From a candidate division WOR-3 bacterium (GTDB taxonomy: Bacteria; Hydrothermota; Tepidihabitantia; SM23-42; JAOAFX01): a stretch of DNA of 39,165 nt. The DNA lies in assembly GCA_039802265.1 (NCBI GenBank), contig JBDRWI010000016.1, forward strand, positions 1-39,165, given 5' to 3'. The position numbers were made by a program, and so were the translations under genes. Position 1 is the stretch's first letter, and the number at the start of each line of letters is the position of its first letter. The notes beneath the pieces are model-generated. The model worked only from the letters and a program-made list of their open reading frames with translations, was not told the origin of the DNA and made no database searches. Of the stretch, positions 8,683-18,070 are shown piece by piece.

Positions 8683-10653
8683 TTATTTAATGATCACTAA
8701 TCTCTTCACTGTTGCACCGTCTGGGGTTTGGATATAAATAAAGTAAATTCCCTCGGGTAGGGTTATTTTATTATTGAAAAGGTATCTTCCGCTCGGTCTT
8801 GTTTCTCTTATTATTTCTGTTAGCAATCTTCCTGAGGCATCGTATATCAACGCTCTGATATCCCCTGAATTTTTAAGATTTCCCCAAAGGATAAAATCGC
8901 CTCTTGAAGGATTAGGAGAAATATGAACATCGGGATCCGCCATCTTTATCGGTCGGTGTTCAAGGATACCAAATGTCTCATCAGGGAAAGACAACCTGGG
9001 ATCGGCTTCATTGTTGCTTGGATAATAACGCATCCAAACGATCGCCGGGAACCATTGATTGTGAGTGTTATTCCAGAACGTGGTCATATCCATCTGATAC
9101 CAGGTATATGGCCGCCCATAATCAGAGGATGTTGTTAGGGTGTCGATAATACTTGTCCCCACCCTTTCAAAATTATTGGGATTGGTGTTATATAAATTGC
9201 TAAGGGCTATGGAATCATTCAGACACCGTAATGCAAAAGGAATGTAGTAAGTGTTGCCATTGTGGTCTTTGTAATAGGCAAGATGGTAATGATCAGGACC
9301 AGCATTATTTCCAGCATATTCTCCATCACAGGTGATGACGGGCGTTTTGGTCATAAGTGCATCACCATCAACCAGTTTTGAAATAAAACCCATACCATTT
9401 GCCATTCGGAATAATATCCGGACATTATAATCCGTTGCGGTCCAGGGATAGCCGAAAGCGACAACAACGCTTGCCTGATTATAGTTGTGCGAAGCGGCTA
9501 CATCAATATTATCAATATCAGACGTATGTACATATTCAGTTTCAGTCCAGCTGCCTGGCAAGCCCGAGATACTTTCCAGAATTACTAATGAATTGTTCGA
9601 TTTTCGAGCAACAAAGACAAATTTATCAGTTGATTGAGATGCCGCGCCCTGGGCACCTTTGGGTATCGCCCAGATGTTGGTTGTCCATGGCGATGTATAA
9701 ACAGTCGACCAGGTCTCTCCAAAATCCGTTGACTGAGCAATCACCACATTTCCCGTGGTATAATTGTGATAAATGCAACAAAGGCGATGGTCGGACCAGA
9801 CATGTTCTACGCTGAGATGGGGCTGGTTACATTCGTCACTCGATGTTTCCACACTAAAGATGTTGGTTGCCGAAGGATCATTTAAATCAGTAAAACGTCG
9901 AATCCAGATATTGCCGGACATTGATGAACTACTAATTGCATACGATTCATACAGATACTGATTAATGGGGTCAATTGCTACATCAAAAACATGGCGGTCG
10001 GCAGTCGCAGAACCATGTGAGTGCCATCTTTCCCAATTATTCCCACAGTCAGTTGAGCGCCAGAGAAATATCGTATCCTCACCCGTCCCCGAAGTTTGAT
10101 TGCTTGCGGCAACAAAGATATAATTATTAAAAGTGGCGACCGAAGGGGTAACATGGTCCAGAACACTCAAGTCTACAAGACCTAATGACCAACCGGTTCC
10201 CTGGTTATCGTCATCCCGCTTAGAATAGTCAAATTTAACTGGATGTATCTGGGTTTCTTCATAATGGATCTTTGGTAAATTTTTCTCTCTTGTAATATAT
10301 TGCAGAAAATTTTCTGCTTCATTCATAAGGTAAACCAATTCTGCATAATTCCAATCTGTTGGTTGAGATTTAAATTCTTGCCAGAGTTTTTGGAGTCTTA
10401 TTCTATATCCAACATATGCATTCTCCTCGGCGGAAAAAACATCGGGAGGTAATTGAGGTAAAAGATTATTTAGTCTATCTTCAAGATTTAAGATTATTGT
10501 TTGTTTATCAGAACCTGACATATCTTTCCATTTCTGCGCCAGCGCCGCTTTTTCAGCGGTCCAGCCATTAGGGACAAATATAATTTTATCATCGGTCTCC
10601 AACGCAAATAATAGTGTTGCTAATATTGTTACTACCCATATAATATTTTTCAT
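8683..10653 (-). CDS. Secreted BNR/Asp-box beta-propeller protein with T9SS-type sorting domain
   Basis: Signal peptide; Asp-boxes RSTDCGNNW and QSTDFGETW; tail SPNPSRG...YDASGR...LPEGIYF...KRLVIIK; RBS AAGGAG. Confidence 0.8.
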   Translation of the reverse strand: MKNIIWVVTILATLLFALETDDKIIFVPNGWTAEKAALAQKWKDMSGSDKQTIILNLEDRLNNLLPQLPPDVFSAEENAYVGYRIRLQKLWQEFKSQPTDWNYAELVYLMNEAENFLQYITREKNLPKIHYEETQIHPVKFDYSKRDDDNQGTGWSLGLVDLSVLDHVTPSVATFNNYIFVAASNQTSGTGEDTIFLWRSTDCGNNWERWHSHGSATADRHVFDVAIDPINQYLYESYAISSSSMSGNIWIRRFTDLNDPSATNIFSVETSSDECNQPHLSVEHVWSDHRLCCIYHNYTTGNVVIAQSTDFGETWSTVYTSPWTTNIWAIPKGAQGAASQSTDKFVFVARKSNNSLVILESISGLPGSWTETEYVHTSDIDNIDVAASHNYNQASVVVAFGYPWTATDYNVRILFRMANGMGFISKLVDGDALMTKTPVITCDGEYAGNNAGPDHYHLAYYKDHNGNTYYIPFALRCLNDSIALSNLYNTNPNNFERVGTSIIDTLTTSSDYGRPYTWYQMDMTTFWNNTHNQWFPAIVWMRYYPSNNEADPRLSFPDETFGILEHRPIKMADPDVHISPNPSRGDFILWGNLKNSGDIRALIYDASGRLLTEIIRETRPSGRYLFNNKITLPEGIYFIYIQTPDGATVKRLVIIK

Positions 10654-10837
10654 ATTTTTTTCTCCTTTCTTTTTAAAAGCAATTTGGACCTTTAGTTAAT
10701 TTTCAAAAAAAATTATCACCCCCTTTTCACTTACTTTAATTGCCAGTAATATTATATAAATAAACTGCGTATAGAATCTTGCCCCTGGGCTTAAAAACTT
10801 AAGGATTTTCAATGATTTTTGCTGAAATATAGTGTAC

Positions 10838-10866
10838 TTGACAAAATGATATTTTTTTGGTATTAT
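10838..10866 (+). promoter_or_regulatory. Sigma70-type promoter of the HTH-TPR-BTAD regulator
   Basis: TTGACA-17 nt-TATTAT with an extended -10 TG. Confidence 0.6.
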
Positions 10867-10882
10867 TTTCCATAAAATTGCA

Positions 10883-13144
10883 ATGAAGAAAAACTTTGAG
10901 GTAATCCTGAATGCCCTTGATGAACTTCAGGAAAAAAAAGATTTCAAATTCATCTCAAGCAAGTACAACATTCATCACACCACCCTGTGGAGATGGACAA
11001 AAAAATTCTATAAAAAAGATTTTTTTTATCGACGGCCATGGAAAGATATTTCTGAATTAATTGAAGAAAGAATTGTTAGTATAAAAGAAGCCAAACCGGA
11101 TATCACACTCGCCCAAGCCCAAAGTGAATTAAACAATCATGGTATTAAAATTTCAACCAAGATAATTTATAATATCTGGAAGGATTATGGACTGATAAGG
11201 CAGAATCCCCGAACCCCCTTTTCTTTTTTTGCTCCAGAAACAGCCGAGGCAAAATATAATCTAACATATGTCCAGATATTACTCAAAAATGGGCATTCTT
11301 CAGACAATTTAAAGAAATGTGCCGAGATAATCAATCGGTTGCCGGCATTTCCTGCTGATTATAAGGATATCCTCAGAGAAATACCCGATGAGTTGCTGAC
11401 AACGAAAAGAAAACTGGATAAATTGATTACGCAATTTTTGAAAATTCCCCTTCAGGATTTCTATGAACATATTAAAAATTTAAGAATCCAACTGGAAAGG
11501 GAAGGATTGTTTTATTCTGCGATAAAAGCTGTACTTTTAGAACTGGCAGCTTTGACTCGTTTGAGATATCCTCGGGAAATTTTGAATCTTCTCTCTCATC
11601 TTAAAAAAATTAAAGGCAATTTAAGAGATCCCGTGCTTGATTTCCAGTTGAAATTTTTTGAAGCCTCTGCTTATTGTGAGATTTTACAGATTGGCGAAGC
11701 GCAGAAGATAGCAAAGGAGATGCGGCAGATAATGGCAAAAAAGAAGTACCCATTCTATTATGAAACTTATGGTGAATTGATGACCTTCATGAGCAATTAT
11801 CGCCACGCTACTCGATATTTTATAAAAACATTGGAATGGACCACGAATAGAATAGACCAAAATCGATTATATTACAAAATTTCTATATGTCTCACTTTAA
11901 ATGGTCGATACCGGGAGGCGCTAAAATATCTTAGTAAAGCAAAGATTGATGAGAAAAACAAATATTTTGCCCATTACCTGATAGCACGTGCCCTGATAAA
12001 TTTTGGTTTGGGACGGATAGAAGAAAGTCTGGCAAAATGTGAACAGAGTTTGAGACAGGCAGAGAAAGAGCAGCTCATTGGAACATTATATTCGACGATA
12101 TCTTGCTATGCCACAATTCACTGTGCGCTGGGCGAAAAAACCCATGCCGAACGCATCATTAAAAATTATCTACCAATCCTTGCAAAATACGGGCAGAAAA
12201 GAGAAATAGAAGTTTTAAGCCATTTAATTTCAATTGATAAAGAATCGCCAGGCTCCGAACTGCCGACATTACAATTGATACATTTGCTCAAACGTGCACG
12301 GCAAAGTTTAAAAATAAAAGATTATCGCCAGTTATTTATCTATGCGCAAAGATACGGCCTGGTAGGTTTTCTCCAGCGTTGTTTATTCTTTATACCCGAA
12401 TTGGTTCTCAATGTTCTTAATCATGGCAAGAAGCCCGATTTACCTCAGGCTTTACTTCAAATGCCGGTTTTTAATCCTGAAATGCCCAGTTACCGAATAA
12501 ATTTCTTGGGCGAAGTCGTTATCTACAAGAATCAAACCTATCTAAAGGTAAATCTCACACCCAAAGAGAAGGCATTTTTTATTTTTTTGAGTCAAAAGAT
12601 ACCCGAACCCGAAAGGGCAATAGCAATAGATGAAATATTCAATTACTTCTGGCCCAAGAAAGATAAATTAACAGGACGTTTAGCCCGTTTTCTAACCGAT
12701 TTTAAAAAGAAAATAAAATTGCCCAAACATCTCTTGGTAGCAAGGGACGGCCACTTAATAAATAATGGATTTTATATCACAAATGATTACGGTGAATTTA
12801 TCTCAATCATTACCCGTGCCAAGGCCTTGAACCGGGCTAAAGAATGGATCTTTGCCCGCAATGAATACCTCCGGGCATTTAAATTATGGCGGGGTGAGCC
12901 ACTCAAAAAGAATTTTGACAACTGGTCGGTGGATATGAGATTTAGAATTTTAACCCAAATTGAAGATGAAGCGGTTTCATTTGCGAAGATTTGTCTGGAA
13001 CATGACGACAAATACGGCGCATGCCGAATTTTACAAAAGATTCTAAGGATTATTCCTGATGCGGAAGAGGCAAAACGCCTTTTAGATTTATCTAAAAAAT
13101 CAAATGAAAAACCCGAGGCACCCAAAGGGCACCCCGGGATCTGA
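10883..13144 (+). CDS. Putative transcriptional regulator: N-terminal transposase-type HTH, central TPRs, C-terminal SARP-like wHTH/BTAD
   Basis: KYNIHHTTLWRW...GIKISTKIIYNIWKDYGL; TPR-like GRYREALKYL and GRIEESLAKC; YRINFLG...LTPKEKAFF...FWP...AFKLWRGEP...DNW. Confidence 0.75.
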   Translation: MKKNFEVILNALDELQEKKDFKFISSKYNIHHTTLWRWTKKFYKKDFFYRRPWKDISELIEERIVSIKEAKPDITLAQAQSELNNHGIKISTKIIYNIWKDYGLIRQNPRTPFSFFAPETAEAKYNLTYVQILLKNGHSSDNLKKCAEIINRLPAFPADYKDILREIPDELLTTKRKLDKLITQFLKIPLQDFYEHIKNLRIQLEREGLFYSAIKAVLLELAALTRLRYPREILNLLSHLKKIKGNLRDPVLDFQLKFFEASAYCEILQIGEAQKIAKEMRQIMAKKKYPFYYETYGELMTFMSNYRHATRYFIKTLEWTTNRIDQNRLYYKISICLTLNGRYREALKYLSKAKIDEKNKYFAHYLIARALINFGLGRIEESLAKCEQSLRQAEKEQLIGTLYSTISCYATIHCALGEKTHAERIIKNYLPILAKYGQKREIEVLSHLISIDKESPGSELPTLQLIHLLKRARQSLKIKDYRQLFIYAQRYGLVGFLQRCLFFIPELVLNVLNHGKKPDLPQALLQMPVFNPEMPSYRINFLGEVVIYKNQTYLKVNLTPKEKAFFIFLSQKIPEPERAIAIDEIFNYFWPKKDKLTGRLARFLTDFKKKIKLPKHLLVARDGHLINNGFYITNDYGEFISIITRAKALNRAKEWIFARNEYLRAFKLWRGEPLKKNFDNWSVDMRFRILTQIEDEAVSFAKICLEHDDKYGACRILQKILRIIPDAEEAKRLLDLSKKSNEKPEAPKGHPGI
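13107..13138 (-). terminator. Intrinsic terminator of the pseudo-S8/MshEN operon, overlapping the regulator's 3' end
   Basis: Minus strand CCCGGGGTGCCC-TTT-GGGTGCCTCGGG-TTTTT. The G-U wobble pairs form only on the minus-strand RNA. Confidence 0.75.
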
Positions 13145-13167
13145 AAGGGGGATTCTCTAAAGGTATT

Positions 13168-13386
13168 TTAAAGGCGATTTGTCTTTAAATCTCTTTGCAG
13201 ACTCAATGCCCGATTCAAATCTGCCTCGGTGATATAACCCAGCTCAACCATTATTTCACCCAATGGTTTACCCTTTCCGCTGTATTTATTCATCTGCACC
13301 CACCGTGCCTCATTTACCTGTTCATGGGTAATAACCCCCAATGTGATTAAAATTTCACCGATAAATGGATGCGCACCCATTTTCAC
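13168..13386 (-). CDS. Stand-alone MshEN-like (T2SSE_N, c-di-GMP-binding type) protein
   Basis: Tandem motifs IGEILITLGVITHEQVNEARWVQ and LGEIMVELGYITEADLNRALSLQ. GTGA overlap with the upstream stop; alternative ATG at 13380. Confidence 0.8.
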   Translation of the reverse strand: MKMGAHPFIGEILITLGVITHEQVNEARWVQMNKYSGKGKPLGEIMVELGYITEADLNRALSLQRDLKTNRL

Positions 13387-16142
13387 TCAATCAACACTGC
13401 TTTCTTTACACAAATTACGCCTTTGTAATTCAGATGGACAAAATAGACACCGGAAGGCAGCCTGCGACCGTGATTATCCAAACCATTCCAGATAACTTCG
13501 AAAGCCTCACCATTTTTCTTAATTTCGTGATTAAATTTTCTCACCACCCTTCCTGCCACATCATAGATTTTCAACGAGATATCATTTTTAGTTCTGTTAT
13601 AATTGTAATTTTCATCCGGGATGTATAATGTAATCTTAAGGGATTTATTAAAGATATTCGATGCCAGTCTCAATTCGGGTCGCACAGGATTAAAAATAAA
13701 AGATTGATTTTCTTCAATACCAATCTGACTATTGGGTGCCCAGGTTGTGAATCGCAAGGCAAAACTATCGCTAATAGGCGGAACACCACAAGGAAAATTT
13801 GGCACCAATTTTACCCGGTAATATACTCCTGATGTGCCAGTACTATTTTCAATACCAACCTGATAAGAGGCCTGACCGAAAGAGTCGGTATGATAGAATC
13901 GGTAATAGCAGTATATATCACCATCACCGGTGGGTGTCGGGTAATATGCTGGGTCGTGTAGGACAATCTGAAAACTATAGTGGGTATCTGGCAGAGTATA
14001 TAACGGCATTTTAAACCACTCTACGATAAACCGATGACTTGGCTGGTCGTAATAGTAATAAACATCTGCCGGATGATTAGGATAGTTGGGCCAAAGGAAA
14101 CCGTGATTCAACGCTGCAATAAAATTATTCGGTAAGTTGGGAGTGGGTATGCCATTTATAAGACCATATGGAACTGCGACGGAATCCATTACGATAAATC
14201 CATTGTCATGCACCATAATTCGGTTGTAATTTACGCCATAAAATTTGAATGTAAACGGTAGGTGAACACATTTAGGGTCTTCATTTTGGGGATCCAACGA
14301 TATTCCCTGATGCTCATTCTGAGTAGTATCAATCGCAAACCACTCAAATACCGGCCTCAATTCTGGATATGGACCAGTCGACCAGTAGCAATAATAGCGT
14401 CCATCATTGGGTACTGGGTTTCCCACTGGAAATTCAATAACTTTTGTCCAGGATGTCTCGGCACATGTGATAAAAAACACAAATCGTGCAGTATCGCCAC
14501 CTAAATAATTAGGTGAAACATATAGTGCAAACCGATCACTGGTATTCTGCACCGAATCACCCACATTGATATTACCAAAATTGGCAGTAGAATCTAAAAT
14601 CATTATCCAGGGATCGCCCGTCCGTAATTTGGCTGAGACATTCGTGGCATCAAATACACCGTTGTTTTTTAGATAACAAACAATCTGGGCGTTTTCTCCA
14701 GGGTCAAGTTTCTCGTTTCCATTATTGTCACCCACTACACGGGGTTTTGTGATGATTAGATTCGGTTGGTTGGGTGATGGTGAATTCTGTAAAGCGCGCC
14801 AGATATTTAATATTCCCCAGCCCCACTTATTGTTGGGTATATTGCCCGCCCAATATGCTCCGTCACAATTGAAACAAAGGAGATGATATAATTGTTGGGG
14901 TGTGTAATTTGGATTTCTTTCAAGCAAAAGAGCTGCTGCACCAACGACATGTGACAAGGGCGGAACATTCCCTAATTTATATCCACCATTCTTCCACGCT
15001 GAATACACATTTCCCCATGGTGCGAGGAGGTCCGGTTTTAAAAAGTTCCAGGTGGGATAAAACCAGAAAGAAGGGTCATTTATCGGCGGTATATTCGGAG
15101 ATGGTCCAACATTTTGATTAGCAATATTGAGACTATCAACGTAGCCAACGCCAATTACTATTGGATAACTCGCTGGTGCTGAAAAAGTTCCAGATATTGT
15201 AGGAATTCCTACATCACAGACTGATAATATACCCAGATCTTTCATGAAAGACACTATATTCCACCAGTGTATATTATTTTGTGTTCCAACGTATGCAAAC
15301 TCAATATCAAGCAATCTTATATCAATCCCCATTTGTTTAAGATCCGCCATATACTGTAAGCACTCATCAGTTGATGAATAAGTATAACTACCCGATGTAT
15401 CAATACATTTCGTCGGAATAAACTTTGCATTATAGGCAATACCGATATCATTACCAGAAGGTCCTGGACCATCGCCCCCGCAGATTATGCCAGTTAAGAA
15501 TGTACCCCAATAATCATCGTAAGGAACTGATTGCCCATTCACTGCATCATACCAGTAAGGCGCCAGCCATTTGCCTGCAAGTGCTGGATGTTGAACCATT
15601 ACGCCACTGCCAACAACTCCGATAATGACATCTCTTCCACTGTATCCTGCCGCCCAGCAAGAATCTGCCTGTATCCTTCTTAAATTCCAACCAATATCCA
15701 CATTATCTATATCCGAGTTATCCAATCGCACATTACTTTCCTCAATTGTTTGAGGTTCAAAGGAACATTTCATTTTGACATTCGAAGAGATAAACCAGAT
15801 ATCATTCCGTTTGGCTAATTCTTTGATCACATCCTTTGTCGCCTTCAAATGGAGACCATTAAAAACCCAGAATTGCCGAACAATTTCCGCCTTACTTTCG
15901 GGCAATGATTTCAGGTAATCCACCAAGGCACTCTGTGAGTTAAAAGCAATAACCTTTGCCTGATTACATTTTTCCTGCGGGGTTAAATTGTCGTTCTCAC
16001 TAAATGGATATTCCGTATTCATATGAACGATCACAAAAATCTTTTCATCCGGTCTTGCTCTATCCATAACATCCTTCAGGTCTGAGGTAATCTTCCCCGG
16101 CACCTGGGGTAACAGGAAAAATAATATTAATAAATAGTGCAT
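13383..16142 (-). CDS. S8 (bacillopeptidase F-like) homologue lacking catalytic residues, with prodomain, Ig module and T9SS-type tail
   Basis: S8 scaffold motifs WNLRRIQADSCW, GYSGRDV, APASYP, KPDLLAP, HVVGAAALL and NNKWGWG are present. D/H/S motifs are replaced by VVGSG, WGTF and GNVPPLSH. RBS AAGGAGG. Confidence 0.85.
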   Translation of the reverse strand: MHYLLILFFLLPQVPGKITSDLKDVMDRARPDEKIFVIVHMNTEYPFSENDNLTPQEKCNQAKVIAFNSQSALVDYLKSLPESKAEIVRQFWVFNGLHLKATKDVIKELAKRNDIWFISSNVKMKCSFEPQTIEESNVRLDNSDIDNVDIGWNLRRIQADSCWAAGYSGRDVIIGVVGSGVMVQHPALAGKWLAPYWYDAVNGQSVPYDDYWGTFLTGIICGGDGPGPSGNDIGIAYNAKFIPTKCIDTSGSYTYSSTDECLQYMADLKQMGIDIRLLDIEFAYVGTQNNIHWWNIVSFMKDLGILSVCDVGIPTISGTFSAPASYPIVIGVGYVDSLNIANQNVGPSPNIPPINDPSFWFYPTWNFLKPDLLAPWGNVYSAWKNGGYKLGNVPPLSHVVGAAALLLERNPNYTPQQLYHLLCFNCDGAYWAGNIPNNKWGWGILNIWRALQNSPSPNQPNLIITKPRVVGDNNGNEKLDPGENAQIVCYLKNNGVFDATNVSAKLRTGDPWIMILDSTANFGNINVGDSVQNTSDRFALYVSPNYLGGDTARFVFFITCAETSWTKVIEFPVGNPVPNDGRYYCYWSTGPYPELRPVFEWFAIDTTQNEHQGISLDPQNEDPKCVHLPFTFKFYGVNYNRIMVHDNGFIVMDSVAVPYGLINGIPTPNLPNNFIAALNHGFLWPNYPNHPADVYYYYDQPSHRFIVEWFKMPLYTLPDTHYSFQIVLHDPAYYPTPTGDGDIYCYYRFYHTDSFGQASYQVGIENSTGTSGVYYRVKLVPNFPCGVPPISDSFALRFTTWAPNSQIGIEENQSFIFNPVRPELRLASNIFNKSLKITLYIPDENYNYNRTKNDISLKIYDVAGRVVRKFNHEIKKNGEAFEVIWNGLDNHGRRLPSGVYFVHLNYKGVICVKKAVLIE

Positions 16143-16352
16143 AAAACCTCCTTTAGCAGAAATATTTTATCATAAAATTGTCATATATTTGATCAAAATG
16201 TCCTAAAAAACATATGAAATTGCGTGGGTTTTTTTCTTTTTTTACTGACTTTGGGAAAAAATAAAATTTTTATACCATTTTTTCTTAAAAATGCAATAAC
16301 AAATGGTTTTCCAATGAAGGGTACCTATCATAAAGACTTATGGTAGGAAGGT

Positions 16353-17873
16353 TTAGTTAACTACAATTAACTTGCCAAATTTTATACCTTTCTTTGCTGT
16401 TTCAATCTTATAGAAATAAATCCCTCCAGGTAAGTTATTCAGTCTTTTGCCGATCTTTCTGCCCAAAGGATCATACAATGTAAGTATACCATCGACTCGG
16501 TCTTCATATCGGCAATCATTTGCTAAAATCGTCGGTATAAAGAAACCAGCAGGATGATCTACATCTTTATCCTCAGTTATACCTACCAATATTTCTTTAA
16601 ATCCTTCCTGGATCTGCCAGCCAGGATTATTTAATCCACGCCATTCATAGGCACCAACATCCCAGTAACTTCCATAAGGCCTGGATAAAAGATTAAAATC
16701 ATGCTCCGGTGCGCCATAAGATTGTGTCCCGGTGTTAAGCAGTGTAGCATTAGATTTTGGGTAAAGATTGATAACGCCCGGTGTTGGGACTGGATTTATA
16801 AATTCCTGGCTCGGATGATTACCCAATGTTGAACCTGTGACCTGGGATTGACCATAATGCCGATTATAGGCTACATAACCCGGACCAATACCATCTGGAG
16901 CCTGAATTGCACTCGCGGTTATGGTATCCTGATAACAGGCATTATTGATGCAGACCATTTCTCCGGTCGCAATATTCCAGTCATCAAGCCTGAGGCAGGT
17001 TGTATTGCAGTGATATATTGTATTATTACGGATATATAAATCATTCATCCCCCAGCCGCTGTAGTTTCTAACATTTATTCCATAATCACAACTGAATATG
17101 ACATTATTGTCAATATTGGTCTGACCAACCGCAAAGATTCCCTCAGGTGTATTCCAGATTGCATTTCTGCGTACAATATTGTTATCACTTGCTGAACTCT
17201 GGTCAGTCTTATACAAAACAATCCCTGCCTCATCACAGTTATATACAACATTATCCTGAATGATATTCAGATATGTGCCACGCTTGAATTGTATCCCTTT
17301 ATGGGGATGGCAATCGTGTATCCAGTTCAGTTCTACAAGACAATGATGCACCGGAGACAAGCCATCATGATTTCCGATATAAAGACCTTCGCCCACATCT
17401 GAGATATCATGGATATGGCAGTGCCGGATTGTCAGGTAAGTAAAAGATTCTCCTGCAGGATTGGCACTTATCCCGACACCAGTGAGATCATGGATATGTA
17501 AGTTTTCCATTAAAATATGGTCGCTCGTGGTTCTGAATTTTATCCCATCAATCCCTGAACCTGCATAAGAATTTGTGATTTCAATTCCTCTAAGTTCAAC
17601 ATAATGACAATTATAGATATCAATAACATTATCATAGTTGACGCCATTGATAATCACACCGCTGGAATAAGGTTGTATCACAATCCAGTCATTTTCGGTT
17701 CCATATCGGTCTGCAATATTCCAGTTCATAGCATATGTTCCAGGCATTATCAGTAGTGTATCACCAGCCTGCAATTGATTGGTATATGACTGTATTTCAC
17801 CCGGAGTATCTGCAATATAGGTTGTGGCAAAGACAAAGCAGAGTAGAAAACACAGAAAAATTATCCGTACCAT
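16353..17873 (-). CDS. Secreted right-handed beta-helix (pectin lyase-like) protein with a short T9SS-type tail
   Basis: LQAGDTLLIMPGTY, repeated xNxIHD/xNxIY turns, GEGLYIG, DVGAYE; tail YDPLGR...LPGGIYF...KLIVVN. Confidence 0.85.
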   Translation of the reverse strand: MVRIIFLCFLLCFVFATTYIADTPGEIQSYTNQLQAGDTLLIMPGTYAMNWNIADRYGTENDWIVIQPYSSGVIINGVNYDNVIDIYNCHYVELRGIEITNSYAGSGIDGIKFRTTSDHILMENLHIHDLTGVGISANPAGESFTYLTIRHCHIHDISDVGEGLYIGNHDGLSPVHHCLVELNWIHDCHPHKGIQFKRGTYLNIIQDNVVYNCDEAGIVLYKTDQSSASDNNIVRRNAIWNTPEGIFAVGQTNIDNNVIFSCDYGINVRNYSGWGMNDLYIRNNTIYHCNTTCLRLDDWNIATGEMVCINNACYQDTITASAIQAPDGIGPGYVAYNRHYGQSQVTGSTLGNHPSQEFINPVPTPGVINLYPKSNATLLNTGTQSYGAPEHDFNLLSRPYGSYWDVGAYEWRGLNNPGWQIQEGFKEILVGITEDKDVDHPAGFFIPTILANDCRYEDRVDGILTLYDPLGRKIGKRLNNLPGGIYFYKIETAKKGIKFGKLIVVN

Positions 17874-17895
17874 TCTTCCTCCTTAATTCTTTTTT

Positions 17896-17924
17896 ATTTT
17901 AACTCAACACCGTATCATTGTCAA
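17896..17924 (-). promoter_or_regulatory. Sigma70-type promoter of the beta-helix gene
   Basis: TTGACA-17 nt-TAAAAT on the minus strand, then RBS AAGGAGG. Confidence 0.65.
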
Positions 17925-18019
17925 GCCTTAATTTTTTATGAATTTATTTAATTATTCTCCAGTGCTGTCACCAATTAAAATTTCCACACAAATATTGACA
18001 TTACCCAACTTTATCATTC

Positions 18020-18048
18020 TTGACAATCCATTTATATCCCAATATAAT
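18020..18048 (+). promoter_or_regulatory. Consensus sigma70 promoter of the Ig-like gene
   Basis: TTGACA-17 nt-TATAAT; RBS GGAGG at 18061. Confidence 0.75.
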
Positions 18049-18070
18049 ATTCCGCTATTAGGAGGTTTTT

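Noticed and set aside
10883..11200. Active IS element or transposase
   Set aside because: No DDE domain, terminal repeats or target duplication; the HTH is fused in frame to TPR/BTAD regions.
16324..16347. Terminator after the beta-helix gene
   Set aside because: AT-rich stem with a mismatch on the minus-strand RNA and no U-tract.
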